This document shows, piece after piece, positions 29,401 to 39,755 of a stretch of DNA of 64,000 nucleotides. Position 1 is the first letter of the stretch. Each line of letters opens with the position of its first letter. The notes beneath the pieces were generated by a model. That model was not told where the DNA came from. It ran no database searches and worked only from the letters and a program-made list of their open reading frames with translations. The translations under genes and the position numbers were made by a program. Source of the stretch: Tenacibaculum sp. (GTDB lineage: Bacteria; Bacteroidota; Bacteroidia; Flavobacteriales; Flavobacteriaceae); NCBI GenBank assembly GCA_020629275.1, contig JAHDDQ010000006.1, positions 1,275 through 65,274 on the forward strand, given 5' to 3'.

Positions 29401-30243
29401 GATAGAGATGCTTTTTATGAGCTTACTGAAGCTGTTACGATAACTTATGATACACAGAACGACAGAAATCAGAAATATATTCAAGATGCAACCGCTGGAT
29501 TTTTAGTAGATGATGAAAATGGAATTTTAGCAACAAATTATAACGTTGGTGATGCTATTATTGGTTTAAAAGGACAATATATAGAGGATGCGGAAAGTAA
29601 GAAGTTTATTCCTGTAGCAGAACCAACAGACATTGTTTCGTCTGGGAATACGATTCCAGCAAAAAGTTTTTCATTAAAAGAACTAAAAGATAACATTTAT
29701 AAGTACCAGTCGCAAAGGGTAACAGTAGAAAATGTGAGTTTTGATATCGCCGACGGAACAGTAAAATTTGATAGTTCGATTACAAGAGATTACACGATTT
29801 CTAGTGGAGGAGAAAAAATGATTTTCAGATTAGAGTTTGATAATTCAGATCTTGAAGGAACAATCATTCCTCAAGGAACTTTTAACATAACAGGAATAGC
29901 TGCGGTTCCTTCAACGAGTACAAAATCTAAAAAATCAGTTACAGGTTTACCACAGATTTACGGACTTCAACTAAATGGTATAGTTGCCGGAGTAGGAGAA
30001 AATACTATTGAAGGTTTTACCGTTTATCCTAATCCAGTAAATAAAGGAACGATTACTTTAGGTACTTCTTCATTTGATAAAAAAGAGATTTCTATTTTTA
30101 ATATTTTAGGTGAAAAAGTTTTTACAGCTAAAGTTTTTGGAACATACAATAAGATCACTATAAATGAATTAAATTCAGGAGTATACATCTTAAAAGTCAC
30201 AGAGTCAGGAAGAATTGCAACTAAAAAATTAATTGTAAAATAA
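26403..30243 (+). pseudogene. T9SS-secreted protein with ~9 Ig-like repeats, OB-fold-like region and type A CTD, split by two frameshifts (ORFs 26403-26780, 26867-28243, 28243-30243)
   Basis: Signal peptide in fragment 1. The repeat consensus continues across frames at ~26775 and ~28210. CTD VYPNP...GVYILKV...KKLIVK in fragment 3. May be an intact gene with sequencing errors. Confidence 0.8.
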
Positions 30244-30265
30244 ACTTCAATACATTAATAAAAAT

Positions 30266-30296
30266 AGCGCTTCTGATAAAGAAGTGCTTTTTTTTT
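30266..30296 (+). terminator. Intrinsic terminator
   Basis: agcgcttct-gataa-agaagtgct followed by a long T tract. Confidence 0.8.
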
Positions 30297-30312
30297 GTTA
30301 AAAACCAGACAC

Positions 30313-30329
30313 TTAACATTAAGTTAATG
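30313..30329. promoter_or_regulatory. TTAACATTAAGTTAATG direct-repeat box
   Basis: Near-identical to the reverse complement of 26257-26276 (tcaacattaagttaatatgc). Confidence 0.5.
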
Positions 30330-30393
30330 TGTTTTGTTAAGTTAAATATCTTATAATTTTCTAATTTTGAGGGCATTTTTAAATTTGAAATTT

Positions 30394-32571
30394 ATGAAAA
30401 AAAATTACTTTTTAACATTAATAATAACTTTATTAAGTCTTGCTTCTTTCGCTCAAGTAACAGAATTGTATTTGAGTAAATACGGGGAAGGAAGTAGTAA
30501 CAATAAGTTTTTTGAAATATATAATGGTACAAGTTCAGCCATAAGTTTAACAGACTATGCTTTTGCAACTGTAGGAAATGCACCTAGCACACCAGGAGAA
30601 TACGAGTTTTGGAACAAATTTCCAGATGGTGCTAGTATAGCTGCAGGAGATGTATTCGTTGTGGCACATCCAAGTGCGGATGCTGTAATTTTAGCACAGG
30701 CAGATATGACATTACAGTTTTTAAGTAATGGTGATGATGGATTAGCTTTAGTAAAAGGAGGTACTCACAATGATGCAAATACAGATGGAGATATAGATGC
30801 AGGAGAGATGACAGGCTTTACTACACTTGATTGGTTAGGTGATTGGAATGGAGATCCAGGAAGCGGGTGGGACGTTGCAGGTGTTTCTAATGCTACAGCT
30901 AATCATACTTTAACAAGAAAATCTAGTGTATGCGGACCTAACAGTGATTGGACTGCCGCAGCTGGAACAAATTCTATTGATTCAGAATGGATAGTTACAG
31001 CCATCGATACGCAATGGGATAAAATAGGTTCTTATACAGGGTGTTCAACAACACCAGAGCTTTCGATAACATCACCAACAAATGGTTCAACAGTTAGTTT
31101 TTCATCAATGGCAACAGTTCAGTTTACTGTTACTAATTTCACAGTAGCTTCTGGAGGTTCAGGAGATGGTTTCATAAAATGGAAGCTTAATGGTGTTGAT
31201 CAAGGTGATAAATTTGATACAAATGATATTACCTTTAGTATTTCTGCTGGTACAGCATACGAAGTGTATATTGAACTTGTAGATAATAGTGGTAATGTTT
31301 TAAGCACTCCAGTTAATAAGACTGTAATGTTTACTGTTGAACAGCCATGTGATTTACAGTTAGAAACAATAACTAAAACTTGTGTAGCAGAAACAGCTGG
31401 AATTGATACGTATTCGGTTTCAATAGCGTTTACTGGTGGAAATACTTCTACATATGTTTTAGCATCTGATCAAGGAATAGTTGGAGGAGATGATCCTTCA
31501 TCTATGGCTACAGGAACTATAACTATTACAAATATTAATGAAGGAACGGATATTGTATTTACTGCAAAAGGAGACGTATCTAATAGTAGCTGTGATTTAT
31601 CAAGGAATATTAACAGCCCAACGTGTAAAGGTTTACCTTTTGTTGACAGTTTTGACTATGCTGACGCTGCCATTCTATCTGATCAAAGTAATTGGGATAG
31701 AGTAAATTCTGGTGATGATGTATTAGTTACCAGCGGTAATTTAGATTATACAGGATTAAGAGCATCTACAGGAAATAAAATAACATTTGATGGTTCTGGA
31801 GCTGAGGCATCTACTTCTTTTACAGACGTTTCATCTGGTACAGTATATGCATCATTCCTTTTTAAAGTTTCTGCTTTTCAAACAGGGTCTAGTCCAGATG
31901 TAACTGATGGAGGATATTTCGCCTCATTGGCAAATGGTACAACTGCTCATGATGCTAGGTTATGGGTAAGGCCTAATCCTGATACAAGTGGAACATCTTT
32001 CGATATTGGCTTTGGATATGAGTCTTCAAATCCATCGTTTACAACTTCAACATATAATGTAGGAGATGTATTGCTTATTGTAATGTCCTATGATATGGAT
32101 AGTAAACAAATTAGTTTATGGATAAATCCAGGTACAGATAGTTTTGAAGCTGCTGCACCAACTCCAGAGTTAGGAAGTACTGATCCAAATCCACCATCAG
32201 CTATCAATACATTTAATCTTAGACAGGATTCAACAAATGAAACACCAAGCATTGAAATTGACGAATTAAGAATCGGTAGAACTTGGGCTGAGGTAACACC
32301 AAAAGAGGCAACAGCATCAGTTAAAGAGAATGAAATAGAAGGTTTTGCAGTATATCCTAATCCAGTTAGTGGGAAGACATTTAAATTAACAACGTCATCG
32401 TTTGATAAAAAGGAAGTTTCAGTTTTCAGTATTTTAGGAAAAGAGGTTTTAAACACTAAAGTTTCTGGAACAAACAATACAGTAAATATCGCTGGTTTAA
32501 ACTCAGGATTGTACATTGTAAAAGTTGTTGAAGCTGGTAAAACCGCAACGAGTAAACTTATTATTAAGTAA
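30394..32571 (+). CDS. T9SS-secreted protein with lamin-tail-like N-terminal domain and type A CTD
   Basis: Signal peptide MKKNYFL, LYLSKYGEGSSNNKFFEIYNGT (LTD-like), CTD VYPNP...KLIIK. Confidence 0.85.
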   Translation: MKKNYFLTLIITLLSLASFAQVTELYLSKYGEGSSNNKFFEIYNGTSSAISLTDYAFATVGNAPSTPGEYEFWNKFPDGASIAAGDVFVVAHPSADAVILAQADMTLQFLSNGDDGLALVKGGTHNDANTDGDIDAGEMTGFTTLDWLGDWNGDPGSGWDVAGVSNATANHTLTRKSSVCGPNSDWTAAAGTNSIDSEWIVTAIDTQWDKIGSYTGCSTTPELSITSPTNGSTVSFSSMATVQFTVTNFTVASGGSGDGFIKWKLNGVDQGDKFDTNDITFSISAGTAYEVYIELVDNSGNVLSTPVNKTVMFTVEQPCDLQLETITKTCVAETAGIDTYSVSIAFTGGNTSTYVLASDQGIVGGDDPSSMATGTITITNINEGTDIVFTAKGDVSNSSCDLSRNINSPTCKGLPFVDSFDYADAAILSDQSNWDRVNSGDDVLVTSGNLDYTGLRASTGNKITFDGSGAEASTSFTDVSSGTVYASFLFKVSAFQTGSSPDVTDGGYFASLANGTTAHDARLWVRPNPDTSGTSFDIGFGYESSNPSFTTSTYNVGDVLLIVMSYDMDSKQISLWINPGTDSFEAAAPTPELGSTDPNPPSAINTFNLRQDSTNETPSIEIDELRIGRTWAEVTPKEATASVKENEIEGFAVYPNPVSGKTFKLTTSSFDKKEVSVFSILGKEVLNTKVSGTNNTVNIAGLNSGLYIVKVVEAGKTATSKLIIK

Positions 32572-32594
32572 ATTTATATACAAATTTAATATAT

Positions 32595-32628
32595 AAAAAA
32601 AGAGTGCCTTTTAAGGCACTCTTTTTTT
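32595..32628. terminator. Intrinsic terminator
   Basis: aaaaaaagagtgcctt-tt-aaggcactcttttttt. Confidence 0.85.
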
Positions 32629-32660
32629 ATATTTAAAATCTAAGAAAGTAAAAGAGAAGA

Positions 32661-33284
32661 ATGAAAAAGAGTATTGCATTAATTATGGTTTTATGTTTAA
32701 GTCATTCTTATAGTCAGTCTAATTATCAAAAGTTTAAAAAACTATCTGCACCCAAAAAGAGGTGGGTTATTTTACATCCATCTAAGGCTAGTAAAGCATT
32801 AAGAATTTCAAAGGAAACAAAGTTACTAGCCGATAGTATAGGAAGAACAAATGTATTAGATAAAGATAAATCAGGAGGGCAAGTTGATGCTTTCAGGCAT
32901 GCGTATTGGATGGCTAGGCTACACCAAGAAATAGGAAAATCAGCGGCAAGGTCGTTAGGTAAGGCCCATGAAAAAGAGAATTATTTAATGTATAAAAAAA
33001 TCCAATTGGAAGAAGGAATCGTACCAGATAAAGTTTCATCTGAAATGGATCTATTTAATAATGATGTAGGACTGTCTTTAACAAGGAAGGGAATTGAAGT
33101 TTCAAAAAAAAGTATTGTTTATAAAGTTATTAATGCGATAACTACTGGCAAAATGAAAATTATTAAGAAGAACAAAAAAGGAGATTTTTTAACGTGTAAT
33201 GGGATTATTATCAAAAAAGAGTCACTCAAAAAAAAGTGGAAGAATAATAAATGCTTAGTAACGTCTAATTACCGCCGTAATTAA
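32661..33284 (+). CDS. Secreted hypothetical protein (DUF6973-like)
   Basis: Signal peptide, DAFRHAYW, AHE, MDLFNN motifs. Confidence 0.6.
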   Translation: MKKSIALIMVLCLSHSYSQSNYQKFKKLSAPKKRWVILHPSKASKALRISKETKLLADSIGRTNVLDKDKSGGQVDAFRHAYWMARLHQEIGKSAARSLGKAHEKENYLMYKKIQLEEGIVPDKVSSEMDLFNNDVGLSLTRKGIEVSKKSIVYKVINAITTGKMKIIKKNKKGDFLTCNGIIIKKESLKKKWKNNKCLVTSNYRRN

Positions 33285-34420
33285 TGATATTTTACTTTAC
33301 GCAACACTCTAATAACATCTTTATATTTGATATAAGTTGTTTTATCCTCTAGGTTTTTAATATAATTTTTTGCTTTTTCTAATTGTTCTTTAGCATCTAA
33401 AAAGCCGTTTAAATAACAAATTAAATAGTTGTTGGGTAGTCGGTATACATCCTCATGTTCAGTTACAGATAGAGGAATGCTATTTTCAATTTTATAAACT
33501 ACATTGTTACTAATTTCATAAATATGATTTATAATCGTAGTATCATAATTTGGAGGTTCAAATAAAAACTCTTTTATAATTTCTAGTTTACCATTATTGT
33601 TGAAATGTATAATTGTTTTCTCAAGAGGGTAGTGTGCTTCGTCTTTTTCTAATCCTAATAATATGTATTCAATAATAATGAAAGAGTGATCATTTATTTT
33701 TATTTTAACTTCATCTAAGGCAGAGTAGAACAATTGAACTTGTTCGTTAATTAACTCTATATCTACGCGAGAAAAGAATACGCTATCCTTTGTTGTCGAC
33801 TTTTTACCCGCCCAACAGAGTACGAACTGTTCTTTAAAAACCTTATATTTTGGATTATACTCATTTTTGTGCCTATTAAAGAAATCAAAAACACCGTCTA
33901 AGGTTAATTGAATATTATTACTTGCATTTTTTTCGATAGCTTCAACAATATTTTTATTACTGTTTCCAAGTATAAAATCACCTTCAACTGGTAAAGAATT
34001 GCTACCTCTTCTGAAGAACACTGTTTTTTTAGGATATTTCCATGTATTCTTAGATAAATAGGAAGACTCTTTATTTGGAAGAATAGTAACTAGCCCAATA
34101 ACCTTATACCTTGGTAGCCCGGGAAAAGGAATGTTTTCGTATTGAATTTTTGGAGGATTAATTAGATAGGCATTTACTAGGTTTTGAATTTTACTATCAT
34201 CAAAAAAATCTACGCCAATAACCTGATTATTCTCATCTCTAATTCCAATAACTATATATGAATTATTCTCGGGGTTTGAGTTAGATAATGCACAAACGTG
34301 TTTGATGAATTTGGCCTTTCCTTCCTTATTACTAAGCGATAACTTTTCTTTTTTATCATAAAAACTATTTTCATCGTTGTGCGATAATAAATTTTTAATG
34401 AGTAATCGCTTGTTAATCAT
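33281..34420 (-). CDS. AlbA_2/Schlafen-domain protein
   Basis: ENSFYDKK, KHVCALSNS, YIVIGIRD N-terminal motifs. Confidence 0.72.
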   Translation of the reverse strand: MINKRLLIKNLLSHNDENSFYDKKEKLSLSNKEGKAKFIKHVCALSNSNPENNSYIVIGIRDENNQVIGVDFFDDSKIQNLVNAYLINPPKIQYENIPFPGLPRYKVIGLVTILPNKESSYLSKNTWKYPKKTVFFRRGSNSLPVEGDFILGNSNKNIVEAIEKNASNNIQLTLDGVFDFFNRHKNEYNPKYKVFKEQFVLCWAGKKSTTKDSVFFSRVDIELINEQVQLFYSALDEVKIKINDHSFIIIEYILLGLEKDEAHYPLEKTIIHFNNNGKLEIIKEFLFEPPNYDTTIINHIYEISNNVVYKIENSIPLSVTEHEDVYRLPNNYLICYLNGFLDAKEQLEKAKNYIKNLEDKTTYIKYKDVIRVLRKVKYH

Positions 34421-34422
34421 TA

Positions 34423-35292
34423 TTACGCTACTTTTTCACCTCTACTAGCTTCATATAATAAAAACCAATCTTGAAGGCTTAAATTGATGTTTTTAGCATT
34501 GTTGGCATTTTTTATACGGTTTATTTTAGTTGTTCCTATTACAGGAACGATTTTCGCAGGATGTTTAAGAACCCAAGCTAATAATAATGCATCTTTAGTA
34601 GTATTATATTTTTCAGAAAGATCAGTTAATAAATTATTGATTCTTTCTGCTTGATCTGTAGTTAAAGAAAAGAAACTCCCCAAAGGACTCCAACTCATAG
34701 TTTGTATTTCCTCTTTTTGTGAATAGTCCAATACTCCACTATCTATTGCAGTGTGTTGGACTAAAGAAAATTCAATTTGATTGCTTGTAACTGGAACTTT
34801 TGTGTTTAAAAGTTCAATTTGGTTTTGGGTAAAATTGGAAACTCCAAAGTCGATGATTTTTCCTTGTTTTTGTAATGTTTGTACAGCTTCAGAAATCTCA
34901 TCAGCTTGCATTAACGGGCTAGGTCTGTGTAATAAAAGTACATCTAAATAATCGGTATGTAAATTTTTCAGAGAGGTTTCAACACTCCATATAATATACT
35001 CTTTAGAATAATCATAATGTTTAACACTATTAGGCCTAACCTCAGTATCATATTGAATACCACATTTAGAAATAACTTGAATTTTATCGCGTCTAATTTT
35101 ACTTTCGGCAAAAGCTTTACCAAAAGCTAATTCGGTAGTATATCCGCCATAAATATCAGCATGGTCGAAGGTTGTATTACCTTCATCGATACAAGAATTT
35201 AATAGAGAAATCATTTCTTGAGTGGAAAATTTACTTCCCCATTCACCCCAAGACATACAACCAATTATAATATCAGCAAGTTTCGTTTTCAT
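34423..35292 (-). CDS. Aldo/keto reductase (YdhF-like)
   Basis: FDHADIYGGY, LLLHRP, FGVSNF, WSPLG. Confidence 0.93.
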   Translation of the reverse strand: MKTKLADIIIGCMSWGEWGSKFSTQEMISLLNSCIDEGNTTFDHADIYGGYTTELAFGKAFAESKIRRDKIQVISKCGIQYDTEVRPNSVKHYDYSKEYIIWSVETSLKNLHTDYLDVLLLHRPSPLMQADEISEAVQTLQKQGKIIDFGVSNFTQNQIELLNTKVPVTSNQIEFSLVQHTAIDSGVLDYSQKEEIQTMSWSPLGSFFSLTTDQAERINNLLTDLSEKYNTTKDALLLAWVLKHPAKIVPVIGTTKINRIKNANNAKNINLSLQDWFLLYEASRGEKVA

Positions 35293-35294
35293 TT

Positions 35295-36047
35295 TTAGTT
35301 TTTGTGTAAAATAGTGGCACTAGCTTGTGCAGTTGGATAAACAATTAAATCTTCAATATTAACGTGGTAAGGTCTAGTAACTACGAAGTGTATAATATCT
35401 GCAATATCTTCAGCTTGCAGAGCATTGTATCCTTGATAAACTGACTCTGCTTTCTTTGTGTCACCTTTAAAGCGGATATCAGAAAATTCAGTTTCTACAG
35501 CACCAGGATGAATAGCAGATACACGAATATTATGTTTGTTTAAATCAATACGCATAGCTTTATTTAGAGCATTAACAGCAAATTTTGAAGCACAATATAC
35601 ATTTCCATTTGGGTATACTTCTTTACCAGCAATAGAACCAATATTTACAATAAAGCCACTATTATTTTCTATCATTCTTGGCATAATAGCTTTTGAAACG
35701 TATAGTAGCCCTTTAACATTGCCATCAATCATTGCATCCCAATCTTCTATACTTCCGTCTTGAATAGTACTTAAACCATGTGCATTACCCGCATTATTGA
35801 TTAAAATATCTATATTTTTAAAGTCTTCAGGTAAGCTATTTATGGCTGTTATAACATCATTATTAAATCTAATATCAAATACTAATGTGTGAACATTGGT
35901 AAGTTTTGATAATTCATCTTTAAGTTCTTGTAACTGTGCTGTTCTTCTTCCACAGAGTACTAGGTTGATGTTTTTTTTTGCAAATAGTTTAGCCGTGGCT
36001 TTGCCGATTCCTGAGGTAGCTCCTGTTATAAAAGCAGTTTGCGACAT
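35295..36047 (-). CDS. Short-chain dehydrogenase (YdfG-like)
   Basis: TGATSGIG, NNAG, YCASK. Confidence 0.93.
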   Translation of the reverse strand: MSQTAFITGATSGIGKATAKLFAKKNINLVLCGRRTAQLQELKDELSKLTNVHTLVFDIRFNNDVITAINSLPEDFKNIDILINNAGNAHGLSTIQDGSIEDWDAMIDGNVKGLLYVSKAIMPRMIENNSGFIVNIGSIAGKEVYPNGNVYCASKFAVNALNKAMRIDLNKHNIRVSAIHPGAVETEFSDIRFKGDTKKAESVYQGYNALQAEDIADIIHFVVTRPYHVNIEDLIVYPTAQASATILHKN

Positions 36048-36107
36048 AAGTTATAATTGTTTTTATAAAGGTAAAGTTTTTAATGTAAATGATAGGTTAT
36101 TAAAACT

Positions 36108-36135
36108 AAAAAACCGCCCCTAGGAGGAGCGGTTT
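36108..36135 (-). terminator. Intrinsic terminator after lipoprotein gene
   Basis: Minus strand aaaccgc...gcggtttttt. Confidence 0.7.
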
Positions 36136-36184
36136 ATTTTAATTGGTTATACTAATAACCAACCAAAAATCAACTAACCAAACT

Positions 36185-37111
36185 TTATTTTAAAATCTTT
36201 CTATCTACTTTTTTCCTTTTTATTTTAGTACGTTTTCTACCATTGTTTCTTACCGGTTTTTTTGATGTTTTCTTACCTTTTAAGAACTCGATGTAACCTC
36301 TTCCTGAAAACGTATACACTGTTTTAGTGTTTAAATGTAACAGTTCAACTGTTCCATCATTAATAACGCTTAATTCGAATTCTTCAGTATCTCCATTGTC
36401 ATAATTAAGTGTTAAATATTTTAGATCTCCATAACCGTTAATATCTTCTATAATATAACCACCTACGAAGTCCCATTTTATTAAATCAATATCTATGCCA
36501 AAACCATCATGAGACGAATAGAATGTAGTATTGTTTTCTGGGGTAAATTGTAAGTAATTTTCCTTATCAAATGGGTTTGGCACACCATTACGTGCATCTG
36601 TTCTCTCCCAAGCAACATACTCTTGTAAAAAGTATTCTATGTTTTCATTAAATAATTTGGTATAGTCGAAATTATCTCTTTGGTAACCAATTAAAAAGTA
36701 ACTAACATTTCTGTTGATATCGTCTAATCGAATCTCGTTATTTGATAATTGAACAACTTCAAAACTGTAAACACCATCTAACCTGTGGTTGGTTTCTATT
36801 ACTCCATCATTAAAAGAACGGTAATTACCAACCTGAATACCTAAACCATTACCACTAATACCAATATCAACAATATTATTGTTGGCAAATAAACGGCCAT
36901 TTAAAAAAGAAACAGTGAATGCTTTTGATAGGTAAGGAACTTCTGCTGAACCAGTTGTTCTATGGAAATCGATATACCATAAATCATAACCAGAAACAAC
37001 CTCTTCTAAAGAAACAAAATCGTCTACTACAACATCTTCATTAACTACAACACAAGAAGTAAGTGTTGTTATGGATATTAGTATTCCAAATAGTATTTTT
37101 AAAGTTTTCAT
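36185..37111 (-). CDS. Conserved flavobacterial lipoprotein of unknown function
   Basis: MKTLK...LTSC lipobox, two internal repeats, basic C-terminal tail. Confidence 0.7.
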   Translation of the reverse strand: MKTLKILFGILISITTLTSCVVVNEDVVVDDFVSLEEVVSGYDLWYIDFHRTTGSAEVPYLSKAFTVSFLNGRLFANNNIVDIGISGNGLGIQVGNYRSFNDGVIETNHRLDGVYSFEVVQLSNNEIRLDDINRNVSYFLIGYQRDNFDYTKLFNENIEYFLQEYVAWERTDARNGVPNPFDKENYLQFTPENNTTFYSSHDGFGIDIDLIKWDFVGGYIIEDINGYGDLKYLTLNYDNGDTEEFELSVINDGTVELLHLNTKTVYTFSGRGYIEFLKGKKTSKKPVRNNGRKRTKIKRKKVDRKILK

Positions 37112-37194
37112 ACACATTCGTTTTATGGTTATGATAACACTATTCCAAAATACGTGCCAAAAATAAAAAACCGCTATAATTAGCGGTTTCTTGG

Positions 37195-37677
37195 TTATTG
37201 CATGAATATTTTTTTTCCTTCTTTTAAGTTTTTTATTTTGTGGTATTTGGTTTTTTTATTCTCTATATAACTAACAACTACCTCGCTATCATTTAGGTCA
37301 AAAAGTCTTTTAGTTTTAGATTCTGGTGGTTTGTTGCCATATTCCTCAACACTATTACTATGCATTTGTAAATCACTAGCATTATTAACAGTACTTGTAG
37401 AAAATTGAGCCATTATAGAAGTTTCGTTTTTAACTTTCTTGTAACTTACTTTTCTTCTATTGTTTTTATAGAAAATACTATCAAATAAAATTTCTTTATC
37501 AGCCTTGTATGTAATATTGATGTTAGTCCCACTTACACCAGGCATTCCGCCAACCCAATTTGTATATGTTGCTTCAGTAACTTTAAAAGGAGGAGTCTCC
37601 TCAAATTTAGAGCTAGCACATTTTGTTAGAGAAAAAAGTAATATAGGTAAGGAAAGTAATTTTAAAAATTTCATCAT
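37195..37677 (-). CDS. Hypothetical lipoprotein
   Basis: Signal with Cys (LTKC), WVGGMPG motif. Confidence 0.65.
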   Translation of the reverse strand: MMKFLKLLSLPILLFSLTKCASSKFEETPPFKVTEATYTNWVGGMPGVSGTNINITYKADKEILFDSIFYKNNRRKVSYKKVKNETSIMAQFSTSTVNNASDLQMHSNSVEEYGNKPPESKTKRLFDLNDSEVVVSYIENKKTKYHKIKNLKEGKKIFMQ

Positions 37678-37918
37678 TAATGTTTTTTAATCAGGTTTCA
37701 AGTTTTATACCAAAGTACAAATTTATATGAAACTCTACATGTAGCTTTAAATTTATGAATTATTTGAATAACTGTAAAAGTAAGTCTATTTGAATTAAGT
37801 GTTTAGATAAGTAGGAAATCAAAAAAATGATAATAATTTTAGCGTTTTGATTGTTTTAATAGAAATAGGAACTAGAATTAAGTATTTAAGGAAGGTCTAG
37901 ATTTAGTATCTTAGAACA

Positions 37919-39055
37919 ATGAAACAAGAAATCCCTCTTTTCGATGTTCTTATTATTGGAGGTGGTTTGGCAGGATTAACAAATGCCATTCATTTAACAA
38001 AATTCGGAAAACGTGTGCTTATAATTGAAAAGAATGAATATCCCCAACATAAAGTATGTGGAGAGTATATTTCAAATGAAGTACTACCGTATTTAGTTTT
38101 TTTAGGAATAAACCCTTTTGATTCAAAAGCGGTAGCGATTGATAAATTTCAATTAAGCACAACAAAAAACAAGATAATTTCTGCCGACCTACCTTTAGGA
38201 GGTTTTGGGATTTCTAGATATACATTTGATCATCTTTTGGCGAATAAAGCGAAGGCTCAAGGAACTTTATTTAAACACGATGTTGTAAAAAGTGTCAACT
38301 TTATAAACAATCAATTTGAAGTTATAACGAAAGAAAATCAAAAATACACTGCTAAAGTAGTTATTGGAGCATATGGAAAACGATCTATGTTAGATGTTAA
38401 GCTAGAAAGAAATTTTATAAAAAAGAAATCTCCTTATTTGGCGGTAAAGATGCATGTAAAAGGTACTTTTCCGGAAGATTTAGTAGGATTACATAATTTT
38501 AAGGGTGGATATTGCGGAGTCTCTAAAGTGGATAATAACACGATTAATCTGTGTTACATAACGAATTATGAATCCTTTAAAAAGCATGGAGATATCCATA
38601 GTTTTCAAGAGCATGTTATATTCAAGAATCATTTTTTAAAGAAACTATTTAATGAGACTATACCTGTTTTTGATAAACCATTAACTATCAGTCAGGTTTC
38701 TTTCCAAACTAAAAAACCAATTGAAAATCATATGCTTATGTGCGGAGATGCAGCAGGAATGATTCATCCACTTTGTGGTAATGGAATGGGAATGGCGATT
38801 CAAAGTGCGCAAATAGCATCTAAGTTAATTTTAGAATACATAAACGGAACTATTTCTTCTAGAAAAGAACTTGAAAAACGGTATATTAGGCAATGGAACA
38901 GAACATTTAAGTACAGATTAAAAGTAGGTCACTTTATAGCCATGTTGTTCAGGAAAGATCAGATAGCAGAAATAATACTAATCATACTCAAACGAATTCC
39001 TTTTTTAGTTCCCATAATTATTAAGCAAACCCACGGAAAACCAATGAAAGTATAA
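37919..39055 (+). CDS. FAD-dependent oxidoreductase/monooxygenase of the type III PKS cluster
   Basis: IIGGGLAG, KVCGEY, GDAAGMIHPLCGNGM. Confidence 0.88.
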   Translation: MKQEIPLFDVLIIGGGLAGLTNAIHLTKFGKRVLIIEKNEYPQHKVCGEYISNEVLPYLVFLGINPFDSKAVAIDKFQLSTTKNKIISADLPLGGFGISRYTFDHLLANKAKAQGTLFKHDVVKSVNFINNQFEVITKENQKYTAKVVIGAYGKRSMLDVKLERNFIKKKSPYLAVKMHVKGTFPEDLVGLHNFKGGYCGVSKVDNNTINLCYITNYESFKKHGDIHSFQEHVIFKNHFLKKLFNETIPVFDKPLTISQVSFQTKKPIENHMLMCGDAAGMIHPLCGNGMGMAIQSAQIASKLILEYINGTISSRKELEKRYIRQWNRTFKYRLKVGHFIAMLFRKDQIAEIILIILKRIPFLVPIIIKQTHGKPMKV

Positions 39056-39755
39056 TGGATTTCTTTATCAACACAATTCATAGAAGTAACAAAGAGGAAA
39101 TTATGGATGATTTCTCTATTGGAGGAGATCTTTTACGAGATACTTTGAATAAATTAGAACGTATAAATCGTTGGTTAGGTGGTAATAAAGTCACTGTAAA
39201 TGGTTTGCAGAAAATATTAAAAAACCATCCTAAAGAAAAAGAAGTAATCATTGTAGATTTAGGTTGTGGACACGGAGATATCTTGCGTGATGTTGCAGAC
39301 TTTGGTAGAAAGCATGGATACAAAATGAAGCTAGTTGGTATAGATGCTAATCCAACAGCAATAGCATATGCAAATGAACTATCTCAAGAGTACCCTGAAC
39401 TTACATTTTCAACAGAAGATATTTTTTCTGAAAGTTTCAAAAACAGAAAATATGATGTAGCACTAGCAACACTTTTCACACATCATTTTAAAGATGAGGA
39501 ATTGGTGTCGCTATTGAAAGACACTTTAAATTCAGCAAGTATAGGTATTGTTATAAATGATTTACATAGACATAAAGCGGCATATTATCTATTTATGTTA
39601 TTATGTGTTTTTATAAAAAATAAAATGATTGTGGAAGATAACCTCTAAGAAGCTTTACAAGAAAAGATCGAGAAAAAATCGCAGAGAAAATCAACGTAAA
39701 ATCACAAATATCTTGGAAATGGGCATTTCGTTTCCAATGGATAATTCAAAAATAA
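39055..39755 (+). pseudogene. SAM-dependent methyltransferase, frameshifted near 39640
   Basis: VDLGCGHGD, LFTHHF, INDLHR in the first frame. The C-terminus LRSFTRKD...SWKWAFRFQWIIQK* continues in another frame to 39755, abutting the next ATG. Confidence 0.8.
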
